The notes under the pieces are model-generated. The model was not told where the DNA came from and searched no databases. It saw only the letters and a list, made by a program, of their open reading frames with translations. From positions 58,094,001 to 58,158,000 of the forward strand of contig OX597814.1 of assembly GCA_951406725.2 (NCBI GenBank): a stretch of 64,000 bases of DNA. Reading direction: 5' to 3'. This stretch comes from Octopus vulgaris. Lineage: Eukaryota. Positions 1-13,720 of this stretch are shown here, one piece after another (within the stretch, counting starts at the first letter, position 1; each line of letters opens with the position of its first letter). The position numbers and the translations under genes are program-made.

Positions 1-428
1 TCTTAATGAAAGTGAGATGTGGAAGACACACTTAAAGGACAAAAATGCATTTAGAAAACACCTCGTCAGCTAAATTACTTGGGCTTCGGCGTACGGATAA
101 CAGTGCTATTCAAATGGGGAGTAGCAGTAATTATAATATCAATATCATCCTAAGAAGAAGGGTGTAGAAAATATCTTCCATCATAACACTAACTGATAAA
201 GAGAGAGAATAGAATGTGCTAACGATAAAGTATACAATAGAAGAAAGAATGAAATGAAAACAAAGTGGTATGCAGAGTAAGGGTAGCTCCAGTGTACAAG
301 TATACATATATTTACGATACAAGTTTGCAGTGTTATTTTGTTTTGAATATTAACAGTTCTTCAGAGCAAAATTTCTCAGAGTTTGCTTCAATTTAAGGTC
401 TCTGACAGTTACTCTCACGCGGTTTGTT

Positions 429-761
<333 letters not shown>

Positions 762-1096
762 CAACGTTGTTTCACAACTCAATTTGATGATTTTTATGTG
801 TTCTGTTTCAGCAACAACTTGATGCATTGGTAAACAGTCAGCGGCGTTGGAATACAAAAATATCAACATTGTAGTTGAGGAAAAATTAACTGACACAGAG
901 AACTGGAAGCCATTTGAATATTCCTAAAAAATTATCTGTATCATCATTATTTGCAATGGCTATCAAATTGCCGATATCATGTTTGTTAGTCTATGTTTTG
1001 TGAACACTGTATCAGGTGTAAGACGTCACATGAATGTCTGCAATGCAAATTCAGATTCTGACTGCGTCCGCCTACCAGTGTTTTTTCAGCAACTAA

Positions 1097-1868
<772 letters not shown>

Positions 1869-2806
1869 ATACCTCGTCACCGTTGTGTTTTATTCCCTAA
1901 GCAAGCATATGTTATGGTGATCTTTCAAGGTTATTTGCCAATGAGCGTGTGTGGTGATGACTTAATGCATCCGCATCATACAACAACCAAACTATAAAAC
2001 AGACAACAATTCTGTGATTGAAATGTCATTTGCTTTGACCGTTGCCAGTAATATTATATTTGAAATACTCTGCGTCCTAGCATTGTCATTTAGGCAAAAA
2101 TATACATTCGGTATCACAATCATTACCCGCTTACTCAAGTTATTCAGGTAAGTTATTACTAAAAACAACCTTCTGAATACGAGTATCCAGGGTTTACTTG
2201 TTACCATATTAATCTCGTTCGCTATTCATCGTGCCTGTGAAAACAAGACGCTTTAGTAACTGTGCTTGTTGCCATCGATGTTTGAATGAGCAAGCGCATT
2301 CATTATGGTTCTAAAGTATTTCGTAATTGTAAGAGTTGGGTGAATGACTACATTCTACGAACTGCGGTGAAAATAGATGTCAGCAAAAAGTTAACACCAA
2401 ATAACGAAAATTCTTATCCAGGTTATTGACATCTGAAATTACCTTATTATCTGTATCTCTACATCGTTCTCTTGCATAAACTATTTCCTGGTGGTTCATG
2501 GATAAACTTCAAACAAAAAAGGTTAATAAAATCTTTGATGATATATCAGGCTTTCAGATGCATAAACACAAGAATTGGTTCGCTGAAACCAATTCCAAAA
2601 TATTTATCAGGTTTTTGTGGTTTTGAAATATATGTCTCCTACGCTGTAACATCTTTAGTTTGAATACATAATCTGAAATCAAATCACTTGCCAGAGAATT
2701 ACAATTCGAAAACTCAAAAGTAAATAAATGCCTAGACATCATACATAACTCAGAACTTGTTTAATACCGATTTAGCTGATGCTTCAGTGTTTCTTCTCTT
2801 TGACAG

Positions 2807-2865
2807 AACAGTTGCTGACGCATCAGAAGTTAATGTGGTACAAAGATATGAGTCATCAAGGGCAG
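2807..2865 (+). other. Candidate 59-nt host exon
   Basis: Acceptor tttcttctctttgacag| and donor cag|gtaac; open frame TVADASEVNVVQRYESSRA. Splice signals only, no homology support. Confidence 0.3.
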
Positions 2866-2959
2866 GTAACAAATCGTGTAACTTCAAAGATAATCAATTT
2901 GCTTTTGATAATAAAGATTAAAATAAATTTATGCATAGCTTGTTAAGACATATATAGGC

Positions 2960-3300
2960 TCCTAGTGAATCATATATCGCTACTCTCTGATCTAAGCTAT
3001 TGCTATTCTCCTGATCGAGACATTTTGAAGCAATCTGCAACCAGTTTCGCGGTTGATTTTCGTAGGCCACGCACTATAGATGAATACATTATCTGCAAAC
3101 ATTCTCAGTCATGAATAGTGAGTAAATGTATATCACTCACCCACCAAAAATATATAAAGGCGGCAATCAAAGAGTCAATTTAAAAATGAACCAATGAATT
3201 AATGGTATATCAAATACGACGGTAAAATAACGGTCGTGCTTGTGAACAGCCTTCAGTTTCGATGCGTGGAACGGTTGACTGGTTCTGAAATCAAACATTA
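2960..3300 (-). pseudogene. Ancient LINE (CR1/L2-like) reverse transcriptase fragment
   Basis: Minus strand reads LRMFADNVFIYS near 3073-3108 (FADD-like motif), with a degenerate GxxQ-like segment upstream; heavily decayed. Confidence 0.35.
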
Positions 3301-3519
3301 CTGATATCACTCTGAAAGGTGAAACTGTTCATTTGCTTTCGTGATAGTTGTTTACTTGTAACTATCGATACCGTATTCACTCTAGTTATATTCATCGCAG
3401 TCATACATATGCCCTATAGTTATTTGCAGTGTTTCATTGTGGGTTTAGATCTGATATGATATTTGTGTCTGACATCTGCAGCGAAAATGTATAGAATATC
3501 ATCTTACTCTTATCAGTTT

Positions 3520-3600
3520 TTTTTATGGTCTAACAAAAGCTTTTGATACAGTGAATAGAAATTTACTTTGGAGAATAATGGGAAAGATCGAATCTACTAA
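3520..3600 (+). pseudogene. RTE-like LINE reverse transcriptase fragment
   Basis: Translates FYGLTKAFDTVNRNLLWRIMGKI, matching the RT motif F.DLxKAFDTVNR..LW. Confidence 0.55.
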
Positions 3601-3862
3601 TCGATTAGTTACGACTTTCGTTAAAACTGATCGTCACGATTCAAATAGCCAGCTCTGGTCGCTGGGGGAACGCATAAACACTATTTGATGAATAATGTAA
3701 GCATGATCAGCCAAGGTTTGATCTTATCTACAGCAGTACAAATAAGCTATCCGCATTAATTATTTACTATTTTCACAGAGACGCTACAAATGCATTTATT
3801 AAACGTATAAATTTATAGAAAAATTATATTACACACACACACGCACGCACACACACACACAA

Positions 3863-3894
<32 letters not shown>

Positions 3895-4138
3895 CCACAC
3901 GTATATACAAACGCACACACATGCATACGTGCAGATATATATAGAGAAGGCATAACATACATATTTAGACGCGGTGTGTGCGCGCGCGTGCTTTTGTGAT
4001 GATCACCTACATAACTTTCAGCATAATCGCTATCATTGTAGACATAAGTCAGAGACAATGTTCTCTGCACTCTGAAACTACTAATTATAAATATATTTCA
4101 AATTTTGTTGCAAGTAGAACACAGAATATTCTCATCTT

Positions 4139-4336
4139 CTCTAGGCAAAGGGCCTGAAATTTGTGGAGAGGGAGCCAGCCGATTAGATCAACACCAGTCG
4201 ACAACTGGTACTTAATTTATCGACCCCGAAAGTATGAAAGGTAAAGTCGACCTCGGTGAAATTTGAACTCGGAACGTAAAGACAGACGAAATACCGCTAA
4301 GCATTTCGCCTGGCGTGCTAACGTTTCTGCCAGCCT
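4139..4336 (-). mobile_element. tRNA-derived SINE, family 1 (core ctttgcctttcatcctttcggggtcgataaa, Meta-domain-like)
   Basis: Reverse complement of the copies at 10159 and 47851; A-box-like tggcagaaacg and B-box-like gagttcaaatt. Confidence 0.85.
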
Positions 4337-4689
4337 TATGAACTTTTTATAGTGATATATTGGTATGTGAGTTATTGTGGGTGATACGATTAGGTTTTGA
4401 AAATATAAAACAATTACAGACAGTGCAACTGGGATAACTTTAAGATCCCTAGAACATCAGCAACGTGCACTTTTCTGGCAGTTCAATTCTGTTAAGTACA
4501 AAATGTTCCTAATTAAGAATGCTAATCGTTATAATCTTAAATTGTCTTTCGTGACGAAATCCGAATTTGTTTATATCGGGATATAATGACAATTAATACA
4601 TCATACGTTGATTTGTTTTGAAGTCTGAAATTATCCAAGCCGTCATATTTTTTAAACATCTTTACATCGGAAAATAAATGAACGTCTAT

Positions 4690-4990
4690 AACCCGGTACA
4701 CTGAGTCCGGGAGAGACGGGAGTGAAGGAGATAGGCATCCTCTAGCAGGAAGCCTAAACCGTGTTACAAATACTGGACGGGAAGCTAAGCCAACTGATAT
4801 GAGACTTGGGGTAGACCAAGAGAGTGTTGGTTGGATAATATCCAAATCTCAATCTCTCGGTTGTTTATCCTTGGGGAACCAGCTGGAAATACAGCGGCTT
4901 TTGGTTTTGATACGGTCCTATGGTGGCGGTGCTTCAGGATTCTGCCCCCATGACCATTTGAAAAATAGCGGCCGAGGAAGATGGATGGAT
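4690..4990 (+). mobile_element. RTE-clade LINE 3' end
   Basis: Translates ...TWGRPRECWLDNIQ (RTE C-terminal GRPRxxWxDxI) and ends in a short (GATG)n tail near 4980. Confidence 0.55.
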
Positions 4991-7298
4991 GCACAATCAT
5001 CACATTTTCGTTATGAACCTTACTTACCACAGTGACGTTGATTTATGAAGCTTGAATAATTCTCATATCAAACGATCCATTCGAAATAGATCAGGATTAA
5101 ATAATTTCCGGGGCAATTTGTGCGTAATGTGAAGTAGCTCTGAAATTTCTGTGCTATCACCAAAGCAATATTTGCTTGAGTGGTCTCAAACCTAAAGTAT
5201 TGCTAGCTGTAATATAAGTTTTTCTTTGATATCAGATTATGAAGCATCAGTTGTTGAATAACGTTTATAAAAAAATGCAAGTATTGCAGGGCCTCGGAAT
5301 TAGTCAACTTCTAGCCGTTTCAGAATCTTAGTATTGGGTGACGTAAAGTTTCTCAAAACAACATATTTCGTCTTTCCCTGTACAAGTTAGTAATTCGTCG
5401 AACACTAATCCGGTCACATAACCTTAGCGCGACAGAGGCATGCATACATATAATAAGGGAGAGAATAAAGTGAGGCCAAATTTTCCAGATGAAATATGTA
5501 ACTGAGTTTCAGAACACTGTATTAAATATTGCTAGAGCTGATTTAGAAAAAAGCTATTGTAGGCAAAAATCTTTATTATTTGTTCATTTTACATATGCCA
5601 AGGCATTTGAAATTAGACCACATACTATAATAATCACTACATACCTGACATACATATCCTAATGTAGGGTTTTTATACTAGGGATTTTTAAAAAATCACA
5701 TTCTCAACATCATCGTAAAAACTCAAAAATTCTTTCGATGAGGGAAAAGTCGAAAAGCTATCATTCATGTACTAAACAAATTGTATGTTAGCGTTTTAGT
5801 CCTCTCCGACTGCGCAAAAAGAAATTGTAAAATATATAAATAATTAATATCAATAACCCAGAAAGAAAATGATTAAATTCTTGATATAAAAGGAGTAAGA
5901 AACCGAGAGGTGAAATTATCATTCTCATATAAGATATAATTATGAAGTGAGGCACATATAAAGTGAGGCTTATACAAACGATATAATTATAAAGTGAGGC
6001 TTAGTATATGATTTTTGACATGTGTTGCATGTTCGTGAATACAATGTATAAACATAGTGAATTAACGTCATATGATAATTCGATCAAGACAATAACGTAA
6101 CTGCTAAAATAAAGCCGTCACGTATATTTTGTCTATTGACAATGTTTTCAATTAAACAAAATGAAAATTAATATATTTTAGGTGGAAAATACAAAATGCA
6201 AAATGAATTTATCATCGTATTACAAATGGAAAAAAGAGAAGAAAATAAGACCTAATTTTATATTGAGAAGATGTACAGAATATCAGCTGAATAGAAGTTA
6301 GACAAAGCATTATCTGATGTCTGGGTTTCTTTTTCTCCAAGCACATTTGCAGCAAAAGTTATGTGAAGAAAATTCAAGTGAATAGAGAAGTTATTCCAGA
6401 AAAATTTTATTCGAATCGATGAGACTATGTTTAAAGATGATATAAGATTACTAGCATATACACAAAGATGTATATGGTGGAGAGGATGGATCCTAGTAGA
6501 TAATTTCAGCCCCTGTACTGGATTGATAATTATTTCATGGAACAGGTCTCCATCATGAAAGATATTTGTACTCTATACATAAAAGTGTATACCCATTGAC
6601 GTATACTATGATCTTGAATACAATGCAACATCCGTTTGTAACTAAATCCCAGTAATTTTGTTTATGATCTTACATAACATCACACCTTAATGTGGTAATA
6701 CGGTTGTATCTTTAAGAAGCCCAAATTATATTATTGTATACTTACGATTTTAATTCCAGACTAAAAGCAATACATCGCTTTTGAATATCCTTACTTTTAT
6801 TACAAAGATTTTCATTGGCGATAATACATGAATAAAGCAACTAAAATGCGAGACAACATCCATAATGGAACTAAAATGATTTAAACTATAATCCTTTAAA
6901 TTACAGCATTACCTTTGCATCTCTTGAACAATAGAATGCATAACAACACACTGCCAACTTAATATCATAGTTAGCAATTATTACTCGATTTATTCACTAA
7001 ACATGTGATGTTTCATAGACATGTACAATGTAATGAATATTAGTCGTTTGATGTGTCACTATTATAGTCTTCGGTATTTTCGAGGGTGGTTCTGTCTCTA
7101 AAACTACTTATATACACATTATATATATATATAATTACGTAAGTGTGCGGGGAGAGAGAGAAAGAGGGAGAGAAAGAGAGAGAGGAGAATATTTTATTGC
7201 CCAATATGCGTTTGTAATCAGTTTAATTAGTAAGCATTTATATACACTATTGTCCCAATGTATTTTTAAAATCTATTTACAGAGTTATCGAAAACGAA

Positions 7299-7484
7299 GC
7301 AAGGCCAGAAATTTCGAGGGTGGGTCTAATTTGATTACATCGACCCCTATCTTTCAACTGGTAATTATTTTACCATAAAGAATGAACGGCAAAGTCGACC
7401 CCACTGGTATTTGAACGTAAAGACGGACGAAATGCCACTAGGCATTTTGTCTGTTGTGCTAACGACTCAGCTAGCTCGCTGCCT
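7299..7484 (-). mobile_element. SINE family 1 copy (diverged)
   Basis: ggcaaagtcgac...gaacgtaaagacggacgaaatgcc...gctaacgactcagctagctcgctgcct. Confidence 0.75.
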
Positions 7485-7787
7485 GTAACTTTTCAGTCAC
7501 AATATCTGCCGGCATCTGGTAGTCAGAGACTTTTGCATTCGAGGAGAGTAGATCGTTCATCCAACACCTCATTGTCAACTACCAGCATTGTCACTTAGAC
7601 TATAAACAAAGGAATTGACAACAGCTCTGCAGTAGGGCAGAAAATTATTAAGTATTGATCAGTAATTGACAGAGTAATTTTATCACTATCACCTACCGAT
7701 AGAAGAGTTAACAAAGAAAATAAGTACTGGGTCGATGACTGAAATAAGTAATATATAAAAGGGCATATATATATATATATATACATA

Positions 7788-9438
7788 CAGTTGCGGCCAA
7801 AAATGTTCAGAACGGCATTGTTTTCGTCAGAAAAGTAGGTATAAGTTTTTTTATCAAAGTTGTTTTATATTCTATAATTTTCACAGACAATAAATACAAT
7901 ATTAATTGTTATTGTCCGAGATTTTGGTGTAATTTGAGAGGATAATACAAAAGTTAGTTAGTGATTTACTGCAATTTAGTGATTTAGTGATTTACTGCAA
8001 AACCCATGGCGGCCAAAATGATCAGAACGGTTGAAAAAATGACAAAATAATCAAAAATGACAGAGAGTACTGGAATTATTTAATATTTAGTGTGAATCCC
8101 TTTAGCTTCAATCACACTCTGACATCTTCGACTGCATGAGAAAATTAAATTTTCAATTTCTTGCTGGGTGATCTTATTCCATTCTTCCTGAAGGGCATTC
8201 CATAATTGCTCGGTTGTTATAGTATTTCTGGCTTTCGAACGTTCTCCCAGAATATTCCACACATTTTCAATAGGATTGAGATCTGGGCTTTGAGCTTGCC
8301 AATCCATAACAATAACCTTTTCAGCCTTGAGGAAGTTCATGACCACCTTAGACTTGTGACATGGGGCATTGCCCTGCATGAATATGGGTGGTCGCTTAGT
8401 TGAATTTCTCAGCACAGGCAAGACATGATCTTTTACAAGTTGTTTATAAACTCCTGCATTTAACTTTCCATGTAATCGCACCAAAGGGCCCAGACCATCT
8501 CCAGATATCATTCCCCAAACCATGACACTTCCTCCACCGAATTTAACACTAGTCTTAAGGCATTTAGGCAACAAATTTTCACCTACTTTTCTACGAACGT
8601 ACCTTTTCCCATCTGAGCCAAATAACATAAACTTAGATTCATCACTGAAATGCACCGTTTGCCATTTTTCTTGAGACCACAACACATGTTCGGTTGCAAA
8701 GATAAGACGACACTTTTTATTCTTGGAGCTGATCAGTGGCTTCACTGCGGGTGCTCTTGCTTGTAGGTCATGTTCAACTAAGCGACGAGACACAGTTTTT
8801 CGAGAGAAAGTTTTCTTCAATACCATGCTCATTTTCCGAGAAACAGCAGCAGCAGTTTTAAATCTGTCCTTTTTAACCAACTTTACCAAAGCACGATCTT
8901 CTCTCTTGGTCATTTTTCGTGACCTACCTGTAAACTTTCTTGCTTCACACGAACCACAATCATCGTAGACCTTAAGAATACTGTGTACAACACTTTTTGA
9001 CTTGTTAACAATCTTTGCAATAGATCCAATACTTAAATTATCCTTCCTTCGAAGCTTAATAATCTCCTGACGAATTGGTAACGGAGTAAGTGGCATTATA
9101 TTAACAAAGTACACTGCAAATATTCTTACTAATGTTTAGTAAACGAACCGTCACGTAAACAAATTCGAAACATTAGAGTTCGCCGGTTAAATATACCAAA
9201 ACTCGGAGTAAAAGCAACTGTTCTGATCATTTTGGCCGCCATGGGTTTTGTAGTAAATCACTAAATCATCCATAAATTTTGTATTATCCTCTCAAATTAC
9301 ACCAAAATCTCAGACAATAACAAATAATATTGTAATTATTGTCTGTGAAAATTATAGAATATAAAACAACTTTGATAAAAACTTATACCTACTTTTCTGA
9401 CGAAAACAATGCCGTTCTGAACATTTTGGCCGCAACTG
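7788..9438 (-). mobile_element. Full-length Tc1-family DNA transposon with long IR/DR terminal repeats
   Basis: TA at 7786-7787 and 9439-9440. TIRs 7788-8033 and 9215-9438 begin cagttgcggccaaaa. Each TIR has outer and inner direct repeats gcggccaaaatg(t/a)tcagaac. Confidence 0.97.
8080..9114 (-). CDS. Tc1-like DD34E transposase, open ORF with the second catalytic Asp replaced by Gly
   Basis: 344-aa ORF with paired-like HTH, FSDESKF, VKFGGGSVMVWG, FMQGNAPCH (normally QDNA) and SPDLNPIENVW; 34 residues between that G and the E. The true start may be the second Met (MPLT). Confidence 0.92.
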   Translation of the reverse strand: MYFVNIMPLTPLPIRQEIIKLRRKDNLSIGSIAKIVNKSKSVVHSILKVYDDCGSCEARKFTGRSRKMTKREDRALVKLVKKDRFKTAAAVSRKMSMVLKKTFSRKTVSRRLVEHDLQARAPAVKPLISSKNKKCRLIFATEHVLWSQEKWQTVHFSDESKFMLFGSDGKRYVRRKVGENLLPKCLKTSVKFGGGSVMVWGMISGDGLGPLVRLHGKLNAGVYKQLVKDHVLPVLRNSTKRPPIFMQGNAPCHKSKVVMNFLKAEKVIVMDWQAQSPDLNPIENVWNILGERSKARNTITTEQLWNALQEEWNKITQQEIENLIFSCSRRCQSVIEAKGIHTKY

Positions 9439-9473
<35 letters not shown>

Positions 9474-10158
9474 ATGTGTGTGTGTGTGTGTTTGTGTGTT
9501 TGTGTCTGAATGTATGTGTTTGTGTGTATCTGCCCTCATGCTCAACACTATACATCAGTGATTTTATATGCCTATTCATTTTTTAATGCATGGACAGAAG
9601 AAAGTTACACAATTTGATCATTAGTGAGCGAGAAACACAATCACTCGCTTGCACAATCTAATACACGAGAGGATTCGACACAGTTTCTATCCACCAATTT
9701 TACAAGGAAATCAATGGGTGGTCTGTGTTTATTAGAAACATTCAACCAATATATCACGCGAAAAGAGGGAATCCAAATCCATGTGGTTGCAAAGCATTTA
9801 CACTTGCTTACTCTTGATATAAAAAAGAGGAGAATGAAGTAAGATATAATTTCATCTGACATTTACAATATCAAACTATACTGATTTTTGACATTAAGTG
9901 GGAAAAAGTAGACTGATCTGTTTAGAAACTGATCATATATCCACACGGCAAAAGAAAATTATAGTTTATGTAAAGCTGAACAGTAACTCATATTTAATAC
10001 GTCAACAAATGACGCTGCATTTATCAGTCACAGTGGAAATGATCGAAATGTGCACAAACGTCATATGAATCAGTCACAAATTGAACCCGGACATCTTCTT
10101 ATAAAATTTACTCCAGTACTTGTGATATAATTTTTTCGTGTCATTTTCGTATATTCAA

Positions 10159-10730
10159 GGCGGCGAGCTGCAGAAACGTTAGCACCCCGGGCGAAATGCG
10201 TAGCCGTATTTCGTCTGCTGTTACGCTGTGAGTTCAAATTCCGCCGAGTTCGACTTTGCCTTTCATCCTTTCGGGGTCGATAAATTAAGCACCAGTTACG
10301 CACTGGGGTCGATATAATCGACTTAATTCGTTTATCTGTCCTTGTTTGTCCTCTCTGTGTTTAGCCCCTTCTGGGTAGTAAAGAAATAGGTATTTCGTCT
10401 GCCGTTACGTTGTGAGTTCAAATTCCGCCGAGGTTGACTTTGCCTTTTATCCTCTCGGGGTCGATAAATTAAGTACCAGTTACGCACTGGGGTCGATATA
10501 GTTGACTTAATCCGTTTCTCTGTCCTTGTTTGTCCCCTCTGTGTTTAGCCCCTTGTGGGTAGTAGAGAAATAGGTATTTCGTCAGTCGATACGTTCTGAG
10601 TTCAAATTCCGCCGAGGTCGACCTTGCCTTTCGTCTTTTCGGGGAAGATAAATTCAGTACCAATTAAAACTTGGGGCCGATACAATCGCCCCTCCTGAAA
10701 TTGCTGCCCTTGTGGCAAAATTTGAAACCA
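10159..10730 (+). mobile_element. SINE family 1, head-to-tail trimer (~183-bp period)
   Basis: gtatttcgtc...gagttcaaattccgccgag...ctttgcctt recurs at about 10206, 10390 and 10573. Confidence 0.88.
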
Positions 10731-10885
10731 TTATTTTGCGAAATACTCCGCAGAATACTTTTCTACAATCCACGACTATTATTTTTTCTACAGTTTTCCT
10801 TATCCCTCCTTCATTTCCAATTCTATGTTGGTATTATATTATTCGGTGATGCATTTAGCAAGCAAAAACAATAATATTGGTTTTA

Positions 10886-11025
10886 CCCCAGTGCGCAACT
10901 GTTATTTTATCGATTCCAGAAAGATGAAGGGCAACGCCGACCTCGGCGCAATTTGAACTTAGAGCGTAAAGAAGGACGAAATGTCACTATGAATGTTGCC
11001 CGCTGTGCTAATGGTTCTGTCAGCT
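10886..11025 (-). mobile_element. SINE family 1 copy (diverged)
   Basis: gacctcggcgcaatttgaacttagagcgtaaag...gtgctaatggttctgtcagctc. Confidence 0.7.
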
Positions 11026-11394
11026 CTTGTTTCTACTTTATCTTGAAATTTCATTCTTTAGAATTTATATCTGCGACTTAGTTTTATCCTCTGTGATAGC
11101 TGTCATATGAGGGTGTATCGATATACTGATGTGATTGATGTAGGCTGAAGATGATATTTGGGGATGCTGGGAGTTAATTCTATATTTTTGCCTTCATCTC
11201 TTCTGTATTTTTCCTTGTGAATTTTCAGATTTTTTTGGTATTTTCTTACTGGGACCCTCCGACGAGAATCCCCACTGATGCTCTACCTTCTTGAAAGAGC
11301 AGCAAAATATTCCTCAAATTATATCTAATAAGACCTCCCGTTGCATAAAAAATGGATGGTTACATTAAATCATGTTTAACTACACCTATCGGTT

Positions 11395-11600
11395 TTAATT
11401 TGTGGCAGAAGGCCAGAGATTTTGAGGGAGGAATATGTCGATTATATTGACTCCAGTAATTAAATGGTACACTTTATATCGACTCCCAAAGGATGAGAAA
11501 TAAAGTCTATTTGGGCGGAATTTTAAATTAAAACATTTGACGGACAAAATGCCGGTACGCGTATTGCCCGGCGTACTAACGGCAATGTCAGCTCATCACC
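11395..11600 (-). mobile_element. SINE family 1 copy (old)
   Basis: Diverged match from tail (ggcagaaggccagagatttt) to head (gcccggcgtactaacggcaatgtcagctc). Confidence 0.65.
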
Positions 11601-11860
11601 AAATGTTTAACTAGAAATGTTATTTCTTAAAAAATGCAGAATAATTATTCCTGTAAAACCTTCGGTTAGTGTTCTGTTCGTTGTTCATTCAAAGTTGAAA
11701 ATAGGATACAAAACAGCAGAATATGTAGGGAAAATTACAAACCTAATTAAATAGGTGAATTCACAGCTGAAATATAGTAACAGCCAGCTATATCAACTAT
11801 TTTTATTAGGGATATCTAAATTATTGATTTTTTAAAACCGAATACGCACACATACACACA

Positions 11861-11926
<66 letters not shown>

Positions 11927-12734
11927 CAGGGACTTTTGGTGAATCATTTTGAGATATATAGTTTGAGAATGTAGTTGTGTAAGACCGAAACGATGCGGGA
12001 AGGTACAAAGTAAGCTACCAAAGCAAAAGAAAAGGGAACAATGTTGCAGTTTTACCTTGTATCTCTAAAGTTCGGGATAAAATCCCTTTCTTGATGACAT
12101 TCAGAAAAGCGGTAGTTGGAAAGGAACGCCAGATCACATGATTTAGACCTCCGTAGGATTTGTCAATGATGGCAGTTCGACAGCTAAAGATAGCAGTGGC
12201 TCATCTCCCTACCATCGATATTTAGACTAAACAATGCCAGAACACGCGCTGTTATCGCGATTAGCCGGTTATCTTGTTGAAAAATATTTATCAGCGACAG
12301 TGGCAGTATTCATACGAAGAGGTAATATTTATTCTTACTTAAACGTGGATGTTCTGTTAGAACAAATTTTACTGCGTAGTTACCACAAGAGAAACATTCA
12401 TATTGGCTTTCAGGTGGTAAACGCACTCGTGTTTAAAAAAGAAGCAATCTCTTTAGGTTCATTCCTATCAATCCTAACAGACAAAATTAGAATTATGGAC
12501 AGGAAGTATGACGCCATTTAACGAATTATTAATCATTTCATGTAGATGATAAAACATTGTTTTGATGTAACTGATATCGTTGTGTGACGGCAGCAATTAA
12601 AACAATTATCTCCCCAAAACTACATGTATGTGAGAGTATTTTAGCTAATTCAATAATTTATAATTCGGATTTCAGACAATACTGACTCGATTTCATAATT
12701 ATTTAATTAACATTCTGCGTAATACTAAATTAAA

Positions 12735-12785
<51 letters not shown>

Positions 12786-12801
12786 TACTACTACTATTAT
12801 A

Positions 12802-12837
<36 letters not shown>

Positions 12838-13059
12838 GTTATTATTATTGTTATTATTATTATTATGTGTTTTTATTACAATTATTGTTATAAAACATAT
12901 AACTTCGTCAAATTACATTTTTACCACCAGACGACTAATAAAACATTTTAAATTCACTTTTTATACTAGTAAATCTGAATATCGAATAATGATTCATGGA
13001 CTAAAACGTCACTTCCCCATATTGTTTTATTCTCGAATTCAACGATGCTTTTATTTTAT

Positions 13060-13720
13060 ATATCAGAGAATCAAAGTATGTAACTGGTCTGTAATCTTTA
13101 ACTGGTTTTCGGGATTCGGATCTCCAACTGGAGAGCAACTAGGATGAGCTGATGAACAGCTTAGCGCATCTCATCCAGAAATGGGAAGAGAGAAAGCTGT
13201 CTTTGAATGGTTGAGCAGAGGTGGAAAATGCATACATCACCTCCGTCATATATTACTGCCTGACCGTCGTGCTTTGCTCTAGCATACATCTGACCAAACT
13301 GTAGCGCATACTATTCCCCTTTCTGAGGAGGGAATGCATTCCACTGCTCAGGGGACCCGTTTGTTGTCAACAGCCGCTAAATGGAGGACAGGTCATTCCG
13401 TAAGTTCTGATGTGCAGACAAGCAGTGTGACTACGATATCTACAGCGCTTCCTTGATGTTGAGCATATGTGAACACCGTTTGTCAGACTCACTCTTCCAT
13501 AGCTAATTTTTTTTACTGATCTTCAGCCCTGGATGAAGCGTAGGCCGAGGCTAGCACCTAGGGTGTCATCAGTTGCTCACAGTTCTCTGTCAGTCAGGTA
13601 ATGACGTCGGTAGAAGTTCCACTTTGGCGTTCTATAAAGGGTTAAATGTCAAGCAAGTACGACGAGTTTCTTGGGGAAACTCTGGGCATCGACGAGAATC
13701 AGCTGGCTAATCTGATCTGA
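13060..13720 (+). pseudogene. Decayed fragment of the same Tx1/L1-type LINE family as 16232-18848
   Basis: Colinear with about 17390-18030: gcagaggtggaaaatgcatacatc vs gcggaggtggcgaacgcgtacatc, and tgtcaacagccgctaaatggaggac vs tgtcaacatccgttgaatggaggac. Confidence 0.8.

Noticed and set aside
10159-10730. Regularly spaced repeats resembling a CRISPR array
   Set aside because: The units are SINE bodies without unique spacers, the context is eukaryotic, and there are no cas genes.
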